Source of the DNA: Veleropilina oligotropha
Taxonomy: Eukaryota
Assembly (NCBI GenBank): GCA_048128005.1
Contig: JBEUKZ010000131.1
Span: 434,001 to 498,000, forward strand
Direction of reading: 5' to 3'
DNA length: 64,000 bases
Shown here in pieces: positions 37,361 to 50,298 of this stretch. Made by a program: the position numbers and the translations under genes. The notes beneath the pieces are model-generated. The model did no database searches. It was not told where the DNA came from and worked only from the letters and a program-made list of their open reading frames with translations. Each line of letters begins with the position of its first letter. The first letter of the stretch is position 1.

Positions 37361-38286
37361 AAATTAATGGGGTTCTGTGAATGAGTGATTCTGAGGTATA
37401 ATAAATTTTCCATTGACCATTACTGACTTTCATACCAGTCCATATCTGTTACACTGGCAGAGGAGCAGCATGGTAAAGTGGATATAATGTTGGTCCACTA
37501 ACATGGTCTGGTGTCGGTGGTCCACTAACATGGTCTTGTGGTGGTGGTCCACTAACATGGTCTTGTGTTGGAGCCCCGTGGAGTGTTGCCAGGGATTTTC
37601 CCATTAATTCAATTTATCATTCAAAGATTATTGACCAGATTAGTGTCTGAAATACTGATGACGTGATCGTTAAACATCAATTATCCATCCATTCATCTAT
37701 GCTGGCATACGTTTTTACATTAATATTAAGATGGCATATTTTGATTATATTTATAAAATTAATAGCTATTAACAATATTGTTATAGTTGAACCTTAAATG
37801 TATGCACAATATTACATGGGTCACCGTGGATCATAATTATGTCCATCTGCTTGAACATTTTTTCACTTTCAAATACTAGAGTATATTTAGTAACAGGAGT
37901 GTGCATGTGAAATGTTAACAATATAATTAAGGCCACAGGTATGCAGGGTGGGTCAACTGGGACGTTTGGCTGAGGGGGAAGTCACTGGAGCGTGGTGGAT
38001 ATTATTAGTGTCTAACCAGCATGCTGCTTGATTGACACAGTCATTGTAAGGTTACAATGGAGCTGGTGAACTCAGACCCAGTCACAAAGCGAGGGTGTGA
38101 AATGAGCATCTCGCAGATGCTTGGACCCCGGAAATCGACATTCCATTCACTGAAAACCTTTATTATGACGCGATCGTGGATCCATGCTTTAATAACGTCA
38201 TTCCCCACTTATTTTAACTCACACCTAGTTGTATTTAAAACAGTTACTGAGTAATTTTGAAACAGGGAAATGCAATGTGTATGTTA

Positions 38287-39038
38287 TACCCCCTTCACAC
38301 CGAAGGAAGTTCCCATGCACTGCGTTCTTGAAGTTCTAAAATATTGCTAGGACTCCGCGACAACTTCGTAGTCTTCGAGAAAATCAAAGAAAAAGTAAAA
38401 TTGTCCAGTTCATGCTACATCCGCGCCACTGATGCCAGTGGGTAGACTGAACTGCTATTTATACTATTTTGCATGAACGTGATAAGAACGTAGATCTGTC
38501 GGTGTATTGACGCTCTGTTGGCGTGATATAAACTTATTGGCCATGCTGTGAACTTGCCATGAACTTGTACAGCGCAGTAATAATGCACCATTCACTTCAT
38601 GAAGTCTTCTATTGCGTAGGGTGGACGTAGCGGTCTTAAAGAGGACGTAGTGACAACTGAATTGGCGTAGTTGACATGCAGTAGACATTGGACGGAGTTG
38701 TCACAGATCGAGTTGTTGCTACATTCTTACCATCAATATGACGTGTCCGCTACGTCTATCCTATGCCAATGGCGCTGTTAGTAGCTAGGTCCTAAGAAGG
38801 TCGATCGATCGTTACTGCATCATGTTCAGACCGCGTTCGTGCTACGTGGGTTTTGAACATGCCCAAAGTCCACGTAGCAGAAAATCGGTCTCCGGAGACC
38901 ATGGATACCATGTCACGTCAATAAAAGTTCCCACTGCGGTCTCGGTATAGGTTCTAGGAGTTCCCACTGCATTGTGACATTTTTTCATGGGCCGGGGCAG
39001 CGAGATCTTCATTGACGTAGCTGCGGTGTGATGGGGCC
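38287..39038. mobile_element. Harbinger-like MITE
   Basis: TIR CCCCTTCACACCG / CGGTGTGATGGGG; CpG-rich interior. Confidence 0.55.
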
Positions 39039-40786
39039 TCTATAGTGATAACTGTGAGCTCATTGCTAGTATATATTGTTAAATATTTCATTAATAATTA
39101 ATTTTAGATTAAATTATTAAGCTGTGATTTCCCTATATATATTTTAGTAAATATATTGTATGTATATTGATTATTACCTGATGATATAGTGTAATCTTAA
39201 TTGCTACGATTCAGTCTTCGGTGTGCAGTGTGGCGGTTTGACATCAAACTTTTCTGACCACAATCACAACAGCAGTCCTTTGTTCCCTACACCCTGATCT
39301 GCGTATCTGTAGCTCTTTATTCATAAAGTATCACATTCAGCAGCTTATATTCACAGGATGTCGGTGCATTTCTCTGTTGCTGCTGGACAAAGCATTCTGT
39401 GCATGCTCACTTTTTGGTTTTGTTCATTCATAAAGTAGAAATATTAGACAATGATGAGAAAGTGCAGAGCAAGTAGAGTGTGATCGTACTCAAAGCCACA
39501 ATTAAACTACACCAGGTGCAAACTCGAAGAATGGGAGCCATTGTCCCCAAACGTATTTGTAATCTTCGTCACAAATTTGAATCTATATCACTTAAATGTT
39601 GTTTGTGCCTGTAGAGCAAGCTAAAGGCTAAGTCATATAATAAAATATAATAACTCTTTACGAAATCCTTTCTATTATATCATCAACTTCGGAATAATTC
39701 ATGGACATATTATTGTATGACACGGAAATATCACGTACTGTTTATGTGCAATGGCGTACGACCTGTCGTACGCAGCAACCCAGGCCACCGCTGGGCAGAT
39801 ACAAGACATGTTTGATGTGACATGCTAAAAGCAGGCGATTTATGTGTTTCATCTGATGCGATATGTGTCACAGTGTGCAGCTTATTCCATTTATAATGAT
39901 GATAAATTCATATTCTGCCATAGATTCAGCCATTAACATCTGTTTGTGCTAAAAAAAAAAACATCAAACATAGTTTTTTTCTTTCAGTTTTTATACATAA
40001 AGAGGCACATATCAGGAAAATGTGTATGAAGAAGTAATATTTAACGACAGAACGGTGATTAGTACTGATAATAAATAATACCATAGGAAGAAATCTTGAG
40101 GATATGAAATGGAAGAAAAAAACATCTGTTCGTTGAATTCTTGGCATATTTCTTTTATTATCATTTTATCTCTTGGTGCACACAGTATTTGCTTCCGAAC
40201 TTGATCTTTGCTGTCATTACATACCGTGGTGTTGTCCCAGCCGTGTCTATATGCAGACGCAAATGCCTATTAGTCTTGCATGATTAAGCAAGCGCTATTT
40301 ATTGGATGTGATTTCATGTTTCTGCATCAATCGATGTGTTTCAACATTGCAGCTAGCTATTAATAGGAATATGTCTAGAATTCACAAAGATCAAACCAGA
40401 CAAATGATTGTCCTGTCTAAGCGATTTGCACGCAGAATTTGCTGTAATCTGTAGTCACCTGACTGTGTCATTTGCTGCAGCCACAATTGCCATGCAATCA
40501 AAAATATTGAAAATAATCATGATAATGTCGATATTTGTGACTATTGAAACAAGAGTACCATATGATACCTGGAGAAAGTTATCCAAACTTACTGCATTTT
40601 GGCTTTATAACCTAAGACTTATTATATAACTCTGTGAACTATGGGGGGGGTCATACATATTTTTATAAAGTTAAAAATTATAAGCAATAATTACAAAACT
40701 CATCCAGTAAATTGTACGTAGTACCAACAGCGTAATTGCCATTAGATAATTAATCTTTTGAATGATAAATGATTTTAGAGGACTCA

Positions 40787-41928
40787 CTCGATATCACCAT
40801 CCGTACCTATACCAGAGGTCAATGCATGATATCACTTGACCTCGATATCACCATCCATACCTATACCACTCGATATCACCATCCATACCTATACCACTCG
40901 ATATCACCATCCATACCTATACCGCACGATATCACCATCCATACCTATACCGCTCGATATCACCATCCATACCTATACCGCTCGATATCACCATCCATAA
41001 CTATACCACTCGATATCACCATCCATACCTATACCACTCGATATCACCATCCATACCTATACCACTCGATATCACCATCCATACCTATACCACTCGATAT
41101 CACCATCCATACCTATACCGCTCTATATCACCATCCATACCTATACCACTCGATATCACCATCCATACCTATACCACTCGATATCACCATCCATACCTAT
41201 ACCACTCGATATCACCATCCATACCTATACCACTCGATATCACCATCCATACCTATACCACTCGATATCACCATCCATACCTATACCACTCGATATCACC
41301 ATCCATACCTATACCACTCGATATCACCATCCATACCTATACCACTCGATATCACCATCCATACCTATACCACTCGATATCACCATCCATACCTATACCA
41401 CTCGATATCACCATCCATACCTATACCGCTCGATATCACCATCCATACCTATACCGCTCGATATCACCATCCATACCTATACCACTCGATATCACCATCC
41501 ATACCTATACCACTCGATATCACCATCCATACCTATACCACTCGATATCACCATCCATACCTATACCACTCGATATCACCATCCATACCTATACCACTCG
41601 ATATCACCATCCATACCTATACCACTTGATATCACCATCCATACCTATACCACTCGATATCACCATCCATACCTATACCACTCGATATCACCATCCATAC
41701 CTATACCACTCGATATCACCATCCATACCTATACCGCTCGATATCACCATCCATACCTATACTGCTCGATATCACCATCCATACCTATACCACTCGATAT
41801 CACCATCCATACCTATACCACTCTATATCACCATCCATACCTATACCAGAGGTCAATGCATGATATCACTTGACCTCGATATCACCATCCATACCTATAC
41901 CAGAGGTCAATGCATGATATCACTTGCC
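40787..41928. repeat. Minisatellite, 28-bp unit x ~35, bracketed by 54-bp units
   Basis: Unit CTCGATATCACCATCCATACCTATACCA; terminal units add GAGGTCAATGCATGATATCACTTGAC. Confidence 0.97.
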
Positions 41929-42202
41929 CACTTTCATAAACTATTGTGGCTAAGCAGTCCTACAACAGAGGGTATAGTAGCATCTAATTGAAAATCGAAA
42001 TTTCATATGTCGCATCTAATCGAAAATGGAAAATTGTGTGAAGTAACCGACAGGTAGTGGAATTGGCGTGATCGGATTAATTTACTGAGATTTAGCCTCT
42101 GAGAATTATTCACTCATATAAATTGGCACTGAAAAATTACTATACTAGACTCACCCATTCCGGCATATATGTATATATGTATTGGTTACCAGTCGAGTTG
42201 GA

Positions 42203-42283
42203 GGTGTTCATGGATTTGAAAGACCTGCGCACGCGATCGAGGTGTTACCACACGGAAGCAGGTCTTTCAAATCCATGAACACC
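42203..42283. repeat. Perfect 26-bp inverted repeat with a 29-nt spacer
   Basis: GGTGTTCATGGATTTGAAAGACCTGC / GCAGGTCTTTCAAATCCATGAACACC. Confidence 0.9.
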
Positions 42284-44172
42284 GACTAACGAGGCCGGTA
42301 ACTGACTTACACAACGGCTCACAACATGGATGTGTAATATAACAAAACGCCACTAGCATGAACACTTTAATTATATGTGAAATATACTATACCAATATAC
42401 TCAATTTATAACATTTTTGTAAGATACTACTACTATGGGCCATTAGGCGTTACATTATTTTGTCCTCTTTATATCACCAATCAATTAATCTGACCACTTA
42501 ACATACACTGACCACACTGATCACGAAGTAATTGGCTATTAAACAAATCATGCTTTGCGGGCAAATGAAGAATGTGATTCCTATTCAAAATGTCGCCAGA
42601 AGATCGGTCCGACTCCGACTAGATCCTATGGCAAGTACTGATTTGGTAGAAGCATCGCAACATCAACAACTCGAGGTAGCCATTAAAGACTCCATAACAC
42701 ATAATACTATCGTGTCTGGCAGTTTGAATAAGGAAGGTGTGCTATAAACTATTATTTTCGAACTCTTTGTATTGGATACGCATAGTATGCACCCGGCAGC
42801 TCGCAGAGTTTTCTTGTTTTATCTGCGGCGCCTCGATGGTGCAATGTACGTTAAGATTGTTTCACAAAATTTAGTTGCACGATGATTATTTCCGATGCCG
42901 TAATTTTGACACCCGGTTAACGATCTTCAGATATGCCAAGTCTTCCTTCCATGATAACATTTGGCATGTTTCAAAATGATAATATCTGTTAATGCAGTAG
43001 ATTGCGATCATTTTCAAACAAAGTAACTTTATGTACATGTGTAAATACATTGTAAATTCTTTGTATTGGATATTCACTGATTATAATGTTTATTGCATGT
43101 ATTTATATACGAATATAAGTTAGCAATATAAATCTTGAAAATTAGCCGGCCACCTGCATAGTTATGTGGTTTCATTTGATGAGCCTCGATGGTGCATTGT
43201 TCAGAGTGTTGTACAAAATCCAATTGCTGGATAGGCATTTTTGAGCGCTTAGCTATTAATGACTTTCCAGGCGATATACATAAATATTATTAATATGTTA
43301 ATCAGAGAAAAATAAATCTTTCTGTTAATCGTATTTATTGTTGTACATTTTATTTTTTGCTAGAATATATTTCTGTGTGCAATGTTTTCAGATTCAACCA
43401 GACTGTTAACTTAATTGAATCCATTAGCGAGGGCACTTCTGGCCAATTACGGAGTTCACGACTGAACTATTGTCAATTTAACATTGCTTTCAGGTAACAG
43501 CCAGTTGCATGAACGGAGGTGGGTATAGAGCATACCGACTTCTGCATGCTCCATACCGACCTCTGCATGCTCTATGCCGACCTCTGCATGCTCCATACCA
43601 ACCTCTACACGAGAATCATCATTGAAAACAAGGTGTTCACGCTGAATACCAACCTCTTCAAAACAAAAGAGCCGTTGTGTAAATATATATATTTATCAGT
43701 GCACAAAACTCTTAACGTCAAACGACAAAGTGTATTGGAATTGTTTAATCTACGATGCAAAGCGGACCCCGTACCAATAACAACATAGAAGGTTGGCACA
43801 GGAAGATATATGCACAGATAAAGAAAGCACATCCGAACTTAATCGAATTGATTGACCAACTCCGTTGAATTCAATCCTGCAATGAAATCAAAATAGTCCA
43901 GTTCAACGGCAGCAAGAAAATTCCTGAAAAAACCCAGCAAATATCAAAGATTGCAACGATGATATTAGAACTTACAACAAAGACTGCATACTGACGAAAA
44001 TGATGTGTACGAGTTCACGAGATCGGCGACGTTCTTGGCCAAGCTAGGATATTAAATAAATATATACCGTTATACACTGCATAATGTTATTATATAGTTT
44101 GCTGATATGTATATATATTAGTTGTATATTTCTTGATATGTATACTATTATACATGTATTACTTGTTATTAT

Positions 44173-44437
44173 GAGGAGGAGGAGGAATTATGCTTAATGT
44201 CCTGTATATTTATAACATCGAGGTTCAAGGCAGGACATGTCCGTGTTATCGCGGGAGGAAACCCCGGTCGTCGGGTAAACCCGCCCTCTTCGGCCAGTCA
44301 CGGACAACTGTGCTTCATAACTTGAACAAATGTGTGCTGCCTCAGCCGGGGGTCGATCCCACTACTGTTTGCGTCAGCGGAAACAAGCCAGTGAATTTAG
44401 AGTGGACACTCTACCCACTGCGCTACCGAAGCGGCCT
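44173..44437 (-). mobile_element. tRNA-derived SINE, family B
   Basis: Close copy of 19973-20239, including the (GAG)n tail on the + strand. Confidence 0.8.
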
Positions 44438-45251
44438 TGTTATTATGAAAATACTTTAAATAAACCATTTCACATTTATTTTGTGTGTTCGTTGTGTGAA
44501 ATTGAAGCATTGTTGCATTAATTAACCACTAATCGCCAGAGTAATTGAAGCAGAACCATTGACTACCAGTAGCATCTAATCGAAAAAACAAATGACCGAT
44601 TTCACTCAAAATCGATTCGATATTGATCCACACTGACTGCTTTGATATTGGAAGTGTGGATTCACTCCAAGGTGATGTCACTTTGGAGCTGTCTAGATCT
44701 AGATATTCCAAAACAGTCGGTTGTGTGTTATCTCTCCCAGATATTCTACGTTTCAAGCACAATACTAAATACCATGAGCTTGATATGTGGACAATACTTA
44801 TAGAAACTTTTATCACCTTCGCTCCATTGTTCAAATTAATAGTGAAAACAATGGAATTAGCTAGGGCCTCTGCTCATAGCACTTGACAGCAAAGGATTGG
44901 ACAAGGTGCCAGACTCATGCGAATGGAAGAGTCCACTGTTTCATATCGCGCCCATGGGTTGAAATCTCCTATTCATTATGCTTTTAAGGGGTGACACCTT
45001 GAAATTTGCAGTAGATTGTCTTGGTATGTGTGACAGATAATACACTGACACTCTTGCACAATATCCACAACAACGAACCTGGGTAGTGCTTTCGTCGTTA
45101 TGTCAGATATCTGCTTAGTGTCTGAGTATTATCTATTACACAATATGGATCTCTCCCTATTCTGCCCCGTTCTTTAACATTAGATTATTTTCAAATATAA
45201 ATAAAAATGCTGTCTTGTTGAATTAGTCATTATTCTTCTTTCATGTTGTAG

Positions 45252-45308
45252 GTAGTGGAGAAAAGCAGGATAAGTCAATGCCAGTAAAGAGCCCCGGTCT
45301 GAGACCAG
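45252..45308 (+). CDS. Small linker exon (GSGEKQDKSMPVKSPGLRP)
   Basis: ttcttctttcatgttgtAG acceptor and CAG|GTGAGT consensus donor; 57 nt; phase 1-1. Confidence 0.75.
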
Positions 45309-46140
45309 GTGAGTACTGGATACTTGTAAACAGCTGCTCATGCAGGGACGGGGGGTACCACATATATGCCGTTGGATGTCATTATCTGTCACTATTGTTG
45401 TGAAATATTAGAGGTTTTCAAATGTTTGTTGCCCTATACATATCTGGATATCAGTGCTATACAGTAATATCCATTATTATGAAGCGCCTGGTGCACCTCA
45501 TCTGCTGCAAGATGCAATGAGTTCTTCCAAATTTTGAATGAAGATGATCATGGATCTGTTTTTGAGTACTCCTTTGAGATTCAGCTCATATACAATGTTT
45601 ATATATGATAAAGACTGTTTAGCTTTTCAAATATCATAATATATAGATGAACATACACTTTTGTTCATTTTGAGAATATTGCACTTGACTTCGTCTTGTG
45701 TAATATATTCATTTCACAGGATGAACATGGATATCAAACAGAGTGACGTTAATAATAGAGCTGCCGACCTTGTGGAATATTATTTATTTTGGGGCATTTC
45801 AGCTTCCATCCACATTACAGCTATTTTCAAACCTTCCCAAAGATAAACACAAACATTATAACCTTTGCTTATCAAAGTTTTGTTTGAATTATGTATTTTG
45901 GTAGCAAATCAATATTTGTATTACAGATGTTGTCGATGTTGATTAAATGTTAGCATCATAAAAGCTAAATGATGACGTATCTTTAGAAAGACGGACTTCA
46001 AAAACAGTTTACCGGTATTCTTTAAATGCATGAATTATTGTGCTAAATTTCTGAAGCACATTCATTTGCTTTCTATTGGTTATTTAATTAATCATATTTT
46101 GTCATTAAAAAATAAATTATTAATTTTCTTTGCCTTTCAG

Positions 46141-46168
46141 TCGAGTTTCATGTCAACCTGGAAAATGG
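46141..46168 (+). CDS. 28-nt microexon (VEFHVNLENG)
   Basis: ttttctttgcctttcAG acceptor and GG|GTAAGC donor; phase 1-2, the phase change needed to reach 47296. Confidence 0.75.
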
Positions 46169-46453
46169 GTAAGCAACTGCATGACCTCCGGGTAAATCCT
46201 GTCACAAATAATGAGTGGGTGTTGGATTAAATTGATATCAAATGAATTTAATAAACAATATGTCTGCTCGTCTGCGATGGCCAGTCATTCCTCAAGCCAA
46301 CATATTGTGTACTTTTACACTTGCTGTCTCACAACAACGTGCTTAGTCTTCATCAAGCCCAGCTAAGCTCGTTACTTGGGAGCATTTACTTAGGAAGTCT
46401 TTGCGTGTTTCCAGTTAGAAGACAATTGGAAAAAGAGACACAGCCCATTGTAC

Positions 46454-46515
46454 ATGTTTACTAAGAAAATTGACCCCACTTGTTTCAATACTCCAGTCCC
46501 TCACAGTGCAAGCAG
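46454..46515 (+). CDS. Candidate second internal first exon (MFTKKIDPTCFNTPVPHSASR)
   Basis: ATG at 46454, open to CAG|GTGAGA donor in phase 2, compatible with the acceptor at 47296; in-frame stop upstream. Confidence 0.4.
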
Positions 46516-47295
46516 GTGAGAATCTACTACATTCCATTGCGAGAATTGAGGTGGAACTCTTTTATAAGTCTGTTGTGCCATGTGGAATGAGAGTGCTGAA
46601 AAAATAGAGATGCTGTCAAAACAGTTTTCAAAGTTCAAGTCAGTATATTGTTATGTCACTGTTTACCTCGGAGATTTTAGGCGCCCTAATGCATACTTAA
46701 CTCTTAAGTGGTTTCACTGAGACTGCAGGCAGAATGCTTCAAAATTTGGTTTATTGAGATTTATTCAATTAACATTATCGTATGCCATGTTGTTAATTAA
46801 TTTATTAATTGCTTGAATAAAACTCATGTCATGTAATAATTAATACACTGCCCCCCCCCCCCCCCCCCGAGCAATATCAAATATACACCATGAAAATCTA
46901 TTTTAAATTTCAACCTGTTACCTCTTAAAACATGGAATTGTCCATCATATCAGGCCCTAGAGCGCATTATGAGAGTGGACTCTTCCATTGAAATGGTGCT
47001 GGAAACGTGTCCAATCCTTTTTCATGGACCAGCTCCTAGTCGCAACCCGTGTTAATCCCATTATTTGGGTTGTTAACTGCAACAATGAAGACACTGACAC
47101 TAGGAGTCCTTAGTCATTCAGATACTAGTATCAAGCTCCTGATGTGTACAATAAAAAATGATCACTTTTACATCGCAGATGGTCCTAGACTTGTAATGAG
47201 GACTCATTTGCGGACATGTGGTTGACTTTCTAACTTTATAACATGTCATGGAATATAAGATGAGATATTAATTACTGTGCCTTTCAAAATTGTAG

Positions 47296-47488
47296 ATCAA
47301 AGCCACAGTCTCCGATGCAAAAGTTTGACCCATCAATTAAGAAACCAGAGTTTGTCATCAGACCTAGACGACAGTTTGTTGATGAAGCAAGCATTGCCAA
47401 GTTCAAAATGTCACATGACGGATCCCCACAAATGAAAATCACATGGGACAAAGATGGATTTCCTCTTCGAAATCAAGGTCGCACAAAG
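47296..47488 (+). CDS. Exon, N-terminal half of Ig domain
   Basis: ttgtAG acceptor; SKPQSPMQKFDPSIKKPEFVIRPRRQFVDEASIAKFKMSHDGSPQMKITWDKDGFPLRNQGRTK; donor AAG|GTTTGT; phase 2-0. Confidence 0.88.
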
Positions 47489-47537
47489 GTTTGTATAATG
47501 ATGTTATCAGTATTGTGTGGATTCTGACACATCGGAA

Positions 47538-47630
47538 ACCTCGAGTGACGTCGTAGTTTTTGCTGCGGATTAATCGCGAGAACGAAGTTCGAGCGATTTA
47601 TCCGCCGCAAATACTACGACGTCACGAGGT
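47538..47630. repeat. ~93-bp CpG-rich palindrome at the LINE breakpoint
   Basis: ACCTCGAGTGACGTCGTAGT...GCGGAT...ATCCGC...ACTACGACGTCACGAGGT. Confidence 0.85.
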
Positions 47631-47644
47631 GGCCCAGAGATATA

Positions 47645-48945
47645 CAAAATAGGTCCTAGTACAGAACCTTGTGGAACACCACAAGTTAATGGCTGCACAG
47701 GTGACATCGATTTGGAAATGCAGACTTTCTGCCAGCGATTGGATAAATATGACTCAAACCACTCCAAGACTGTACCTGATATACCAAGTTGGCGAAGTGT
47801 ATGCAACAACAGACGATGGTCAACTATATCAAATGCTGCAGACAGGTCTAAGAGAACAAGTAAAACAATCTTCTTGTCTGCAATGGCGCAAATTATGTCA
47901 TTCTGAACCTTGATTAAAGCAGATTCTGTACTGTGGTTTGCTCTATAAGCTGACTGATCATGAAGAGGTTCACATAAACCTGAGGTTGATAATTAGTGTC
48001 GCAGTTGACAAGCCACTACCTTTTCTAAAACTCTGGAGATAAAGGGTAAATTGCACACCGGACGATAGTTTTATAAACAATTCTGGTTAAGTGAATGATT
48101 GTTAATAAGAGGCATTACCAATGCAACTTTTAAGTTATCAGGAACGTGTCCCTCAGTCAATGATTTCTCGATGAATCTTTGAAGAATAGGAATAACAACA
48201 TCTATGAACTCTTTCAGAAATTTAGTTGGAATGGGATCCAAATCGTTGGTTTTATTGTTCGATGAGGAATTATCTTGTTAATAGAATTAGCCGTGATGGG
48301 GGAAAACGCAGACCAACAAGACGAAACCGGAGAATTGTTGGTCATCTTCAGATATGATTTCCTGGATTAATTTTATCTTATTGGTAAAGTAATCACTGAG
48401 TTTTGATGCAAGGTCGTTCGTACTAATGTGATCGGGTAAAGTTATTTTTCTGCTTTTTCCCAGTAATTGTAAACATGAAAAAGGATTTTGCTGTCAAATT
48501 GTCTGTTCAATTTCTCATTATAATAGGATCGTTTTGATTCCTTGATCAGTGAATTTGTGACGGCTTTCTGTTGACAGTTGTCGGAATTTTGTTTAGATTT
48601 TCGAATTTCATTGTTGAACCATGGGCTGTGCTCTCGAACCACTACTCGATGGCATTTGAAAGAAGCATGTGCATCCGTCAATTTCGAAAGTGTATCATCA
48701 TATAAACCAAGAAGTGTGTCACTGCCCGCGTCGTTTATAGTTAATGAATTTATGTCAGTCGAAACATCTTGACTCAGTGCATCCCTATTTATTGAACTGA
48801 GTTTTCGATATACTATCTAATGGATCATATGGCTTGGTTTAGACAGTGGCATTTCTGCTGTTACAGCAAAATGATCTGATATAGCCGGGTCCCAAAATTT
48901 TATATTCTGGATGTGTTCCACATCACTCTGTCTGGTCAGTATCTG
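47645..48945 (-). mobile_element. Degenerate L2/CR1-clade LINE ORF2 fragment (reverse transcriptase)
   Basis: Minus-strand motifs ISDHFAV, PWFNNEIR, YRPVCNLPFISRVLEKVVA, QSAYRANHSTESAL, LDLSAAFD, WFESYLSNR, GVPQGSVLGPIL, with stops and frameshifts. Confidence 0.9.
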
Positions 48946-49557
48946 TATGCAATGATCTGCAAACTGGAAGGGACAAGATTTTATTGGCTTGTGTAAAAGA
49001 TTTGACTACTTTTTGCTTCCAATACGCTTTCTTTCATCCCAAGCAGTTCCGACAGATATGTGAGTTATGACACACAGAACAGGTCTGTTTGATGTGGACT
49101 TGTCAACCACATGGTATCACAGCATCACGTAGCCCACCTGATATACAGACATGTACATATCCGAGCGCATCGCATATCTAGCCTGAGATAGCCACATATA
49201 TATCGAGAACATGACAGATTGCCTAGACAATACAGATCATGTTATCCAAAATGTCAAGTTTAGCAGAGATTTTCATAAACTAAAAATAGTTTCAAGTGTA
49301 TTATATACGTGATGACTAGTCTCTCTGTTAAACATTCCTGTGATGTCACTATATTGTACTCGACATGTAGTATATTAACAAATGCACAGTATGTTTAATG
49401 ATAACTAGTCCTAATATAAATAATTATCTAAATTATTTTCATTAAATACATATTGAAATAATATGCTTCCAGAAGATACAGAATAAAAAAGAAAATGATC
49501 GATGCATTATGTACATTCACAACCATTGAAATAATATTAATAATGTTCCTATTATCA

Positions 49558-49700
49558 AGGGAGGCAGGCCCGCTCGCTTGGGAAAACCTGCCCTTTCGAC
49601 CAGTTACGATCTACTTTGATTCATAACTGAACAAATAATGTCATGTCACATTCGAACCCACTACTGTTTGTGCCAGCGGAATATATCAAGCCAGTGATAT
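49558..49700 (-). mobile_element. Degenerate SINE, family B fragment
   Basis: TTCGAACCCACTACTGTT...AAGCCAGTGA matches the family body. Confidence 0.5.
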
Positions 49701-49986
49701 ATCAAAACAGTTTGTAATCATTTATTTATCCTAATCTACACAATTCCACAAGAACGGCAAATTTATACTGATGACATATACGTTCATGAGGACGTATACA
49801 TACATGATGACATATACGTAATTAAACATTTCCTTTGCCAGTATTCCATGGTTAGTTCATAAGGGACATTCCAAAAGATTTTATTGGTGAAAAAATGAAT
49901 TGTCAGAAATAATTTTTGATAATTTTAGCCCGAAAACAGTTAGTTTACTATACATATGGATATTGAATTTTATTATTTAATTACAG

Positions 49987-50116
49987 ATATTCGATATCAA
50001 TGATTTTCACTTTCTGGAACTTCATGAAACATGCTTGAGAGATTCTGGGATCTACACATGTACCATTGAGAATGGTGCAGGGAGAACTACTGCTGCAGCA
50101 GAGCTGGAAGTGTTTG
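49987..50116 (+). CDS. Exon, C-terminal part of Ig domain (not in ORF track)
   Basis: ttacAG acceptor; IFDINDFHFLELHETCLRDSGIYTCTIENGAGRTTAAAELEVF; donor G|GTGAGT; phase 0-1. Confidence 0.9.
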
Positions 50117-50298
50117 GTGAGTCATAATGCCTCTATCTGAGTGTAACATTTTATATATGTGGGCAATGAATCTTTTATATATGCCACATATTTTGCAGGG
50201 ATATTACAATTGGGTCCGTTTGTCTGTTTATCAATTACATGTACTATCGTATCTCAAAAACTATTGGTTCGATTTACTTGTCAATGAATATTTTGCAA

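Noticed and set aside
40769..41991. 286-aa and 121-aa His/Tyr/Pro-rich ORFs
   Set aside because: Translations of a 28-bp repeat cycling through three frames.
45719..45846. Acceptor-like tttcacAG followed by MNMDIKQ...
   Set aside because: No suitable donor and not needed for the reading frame.
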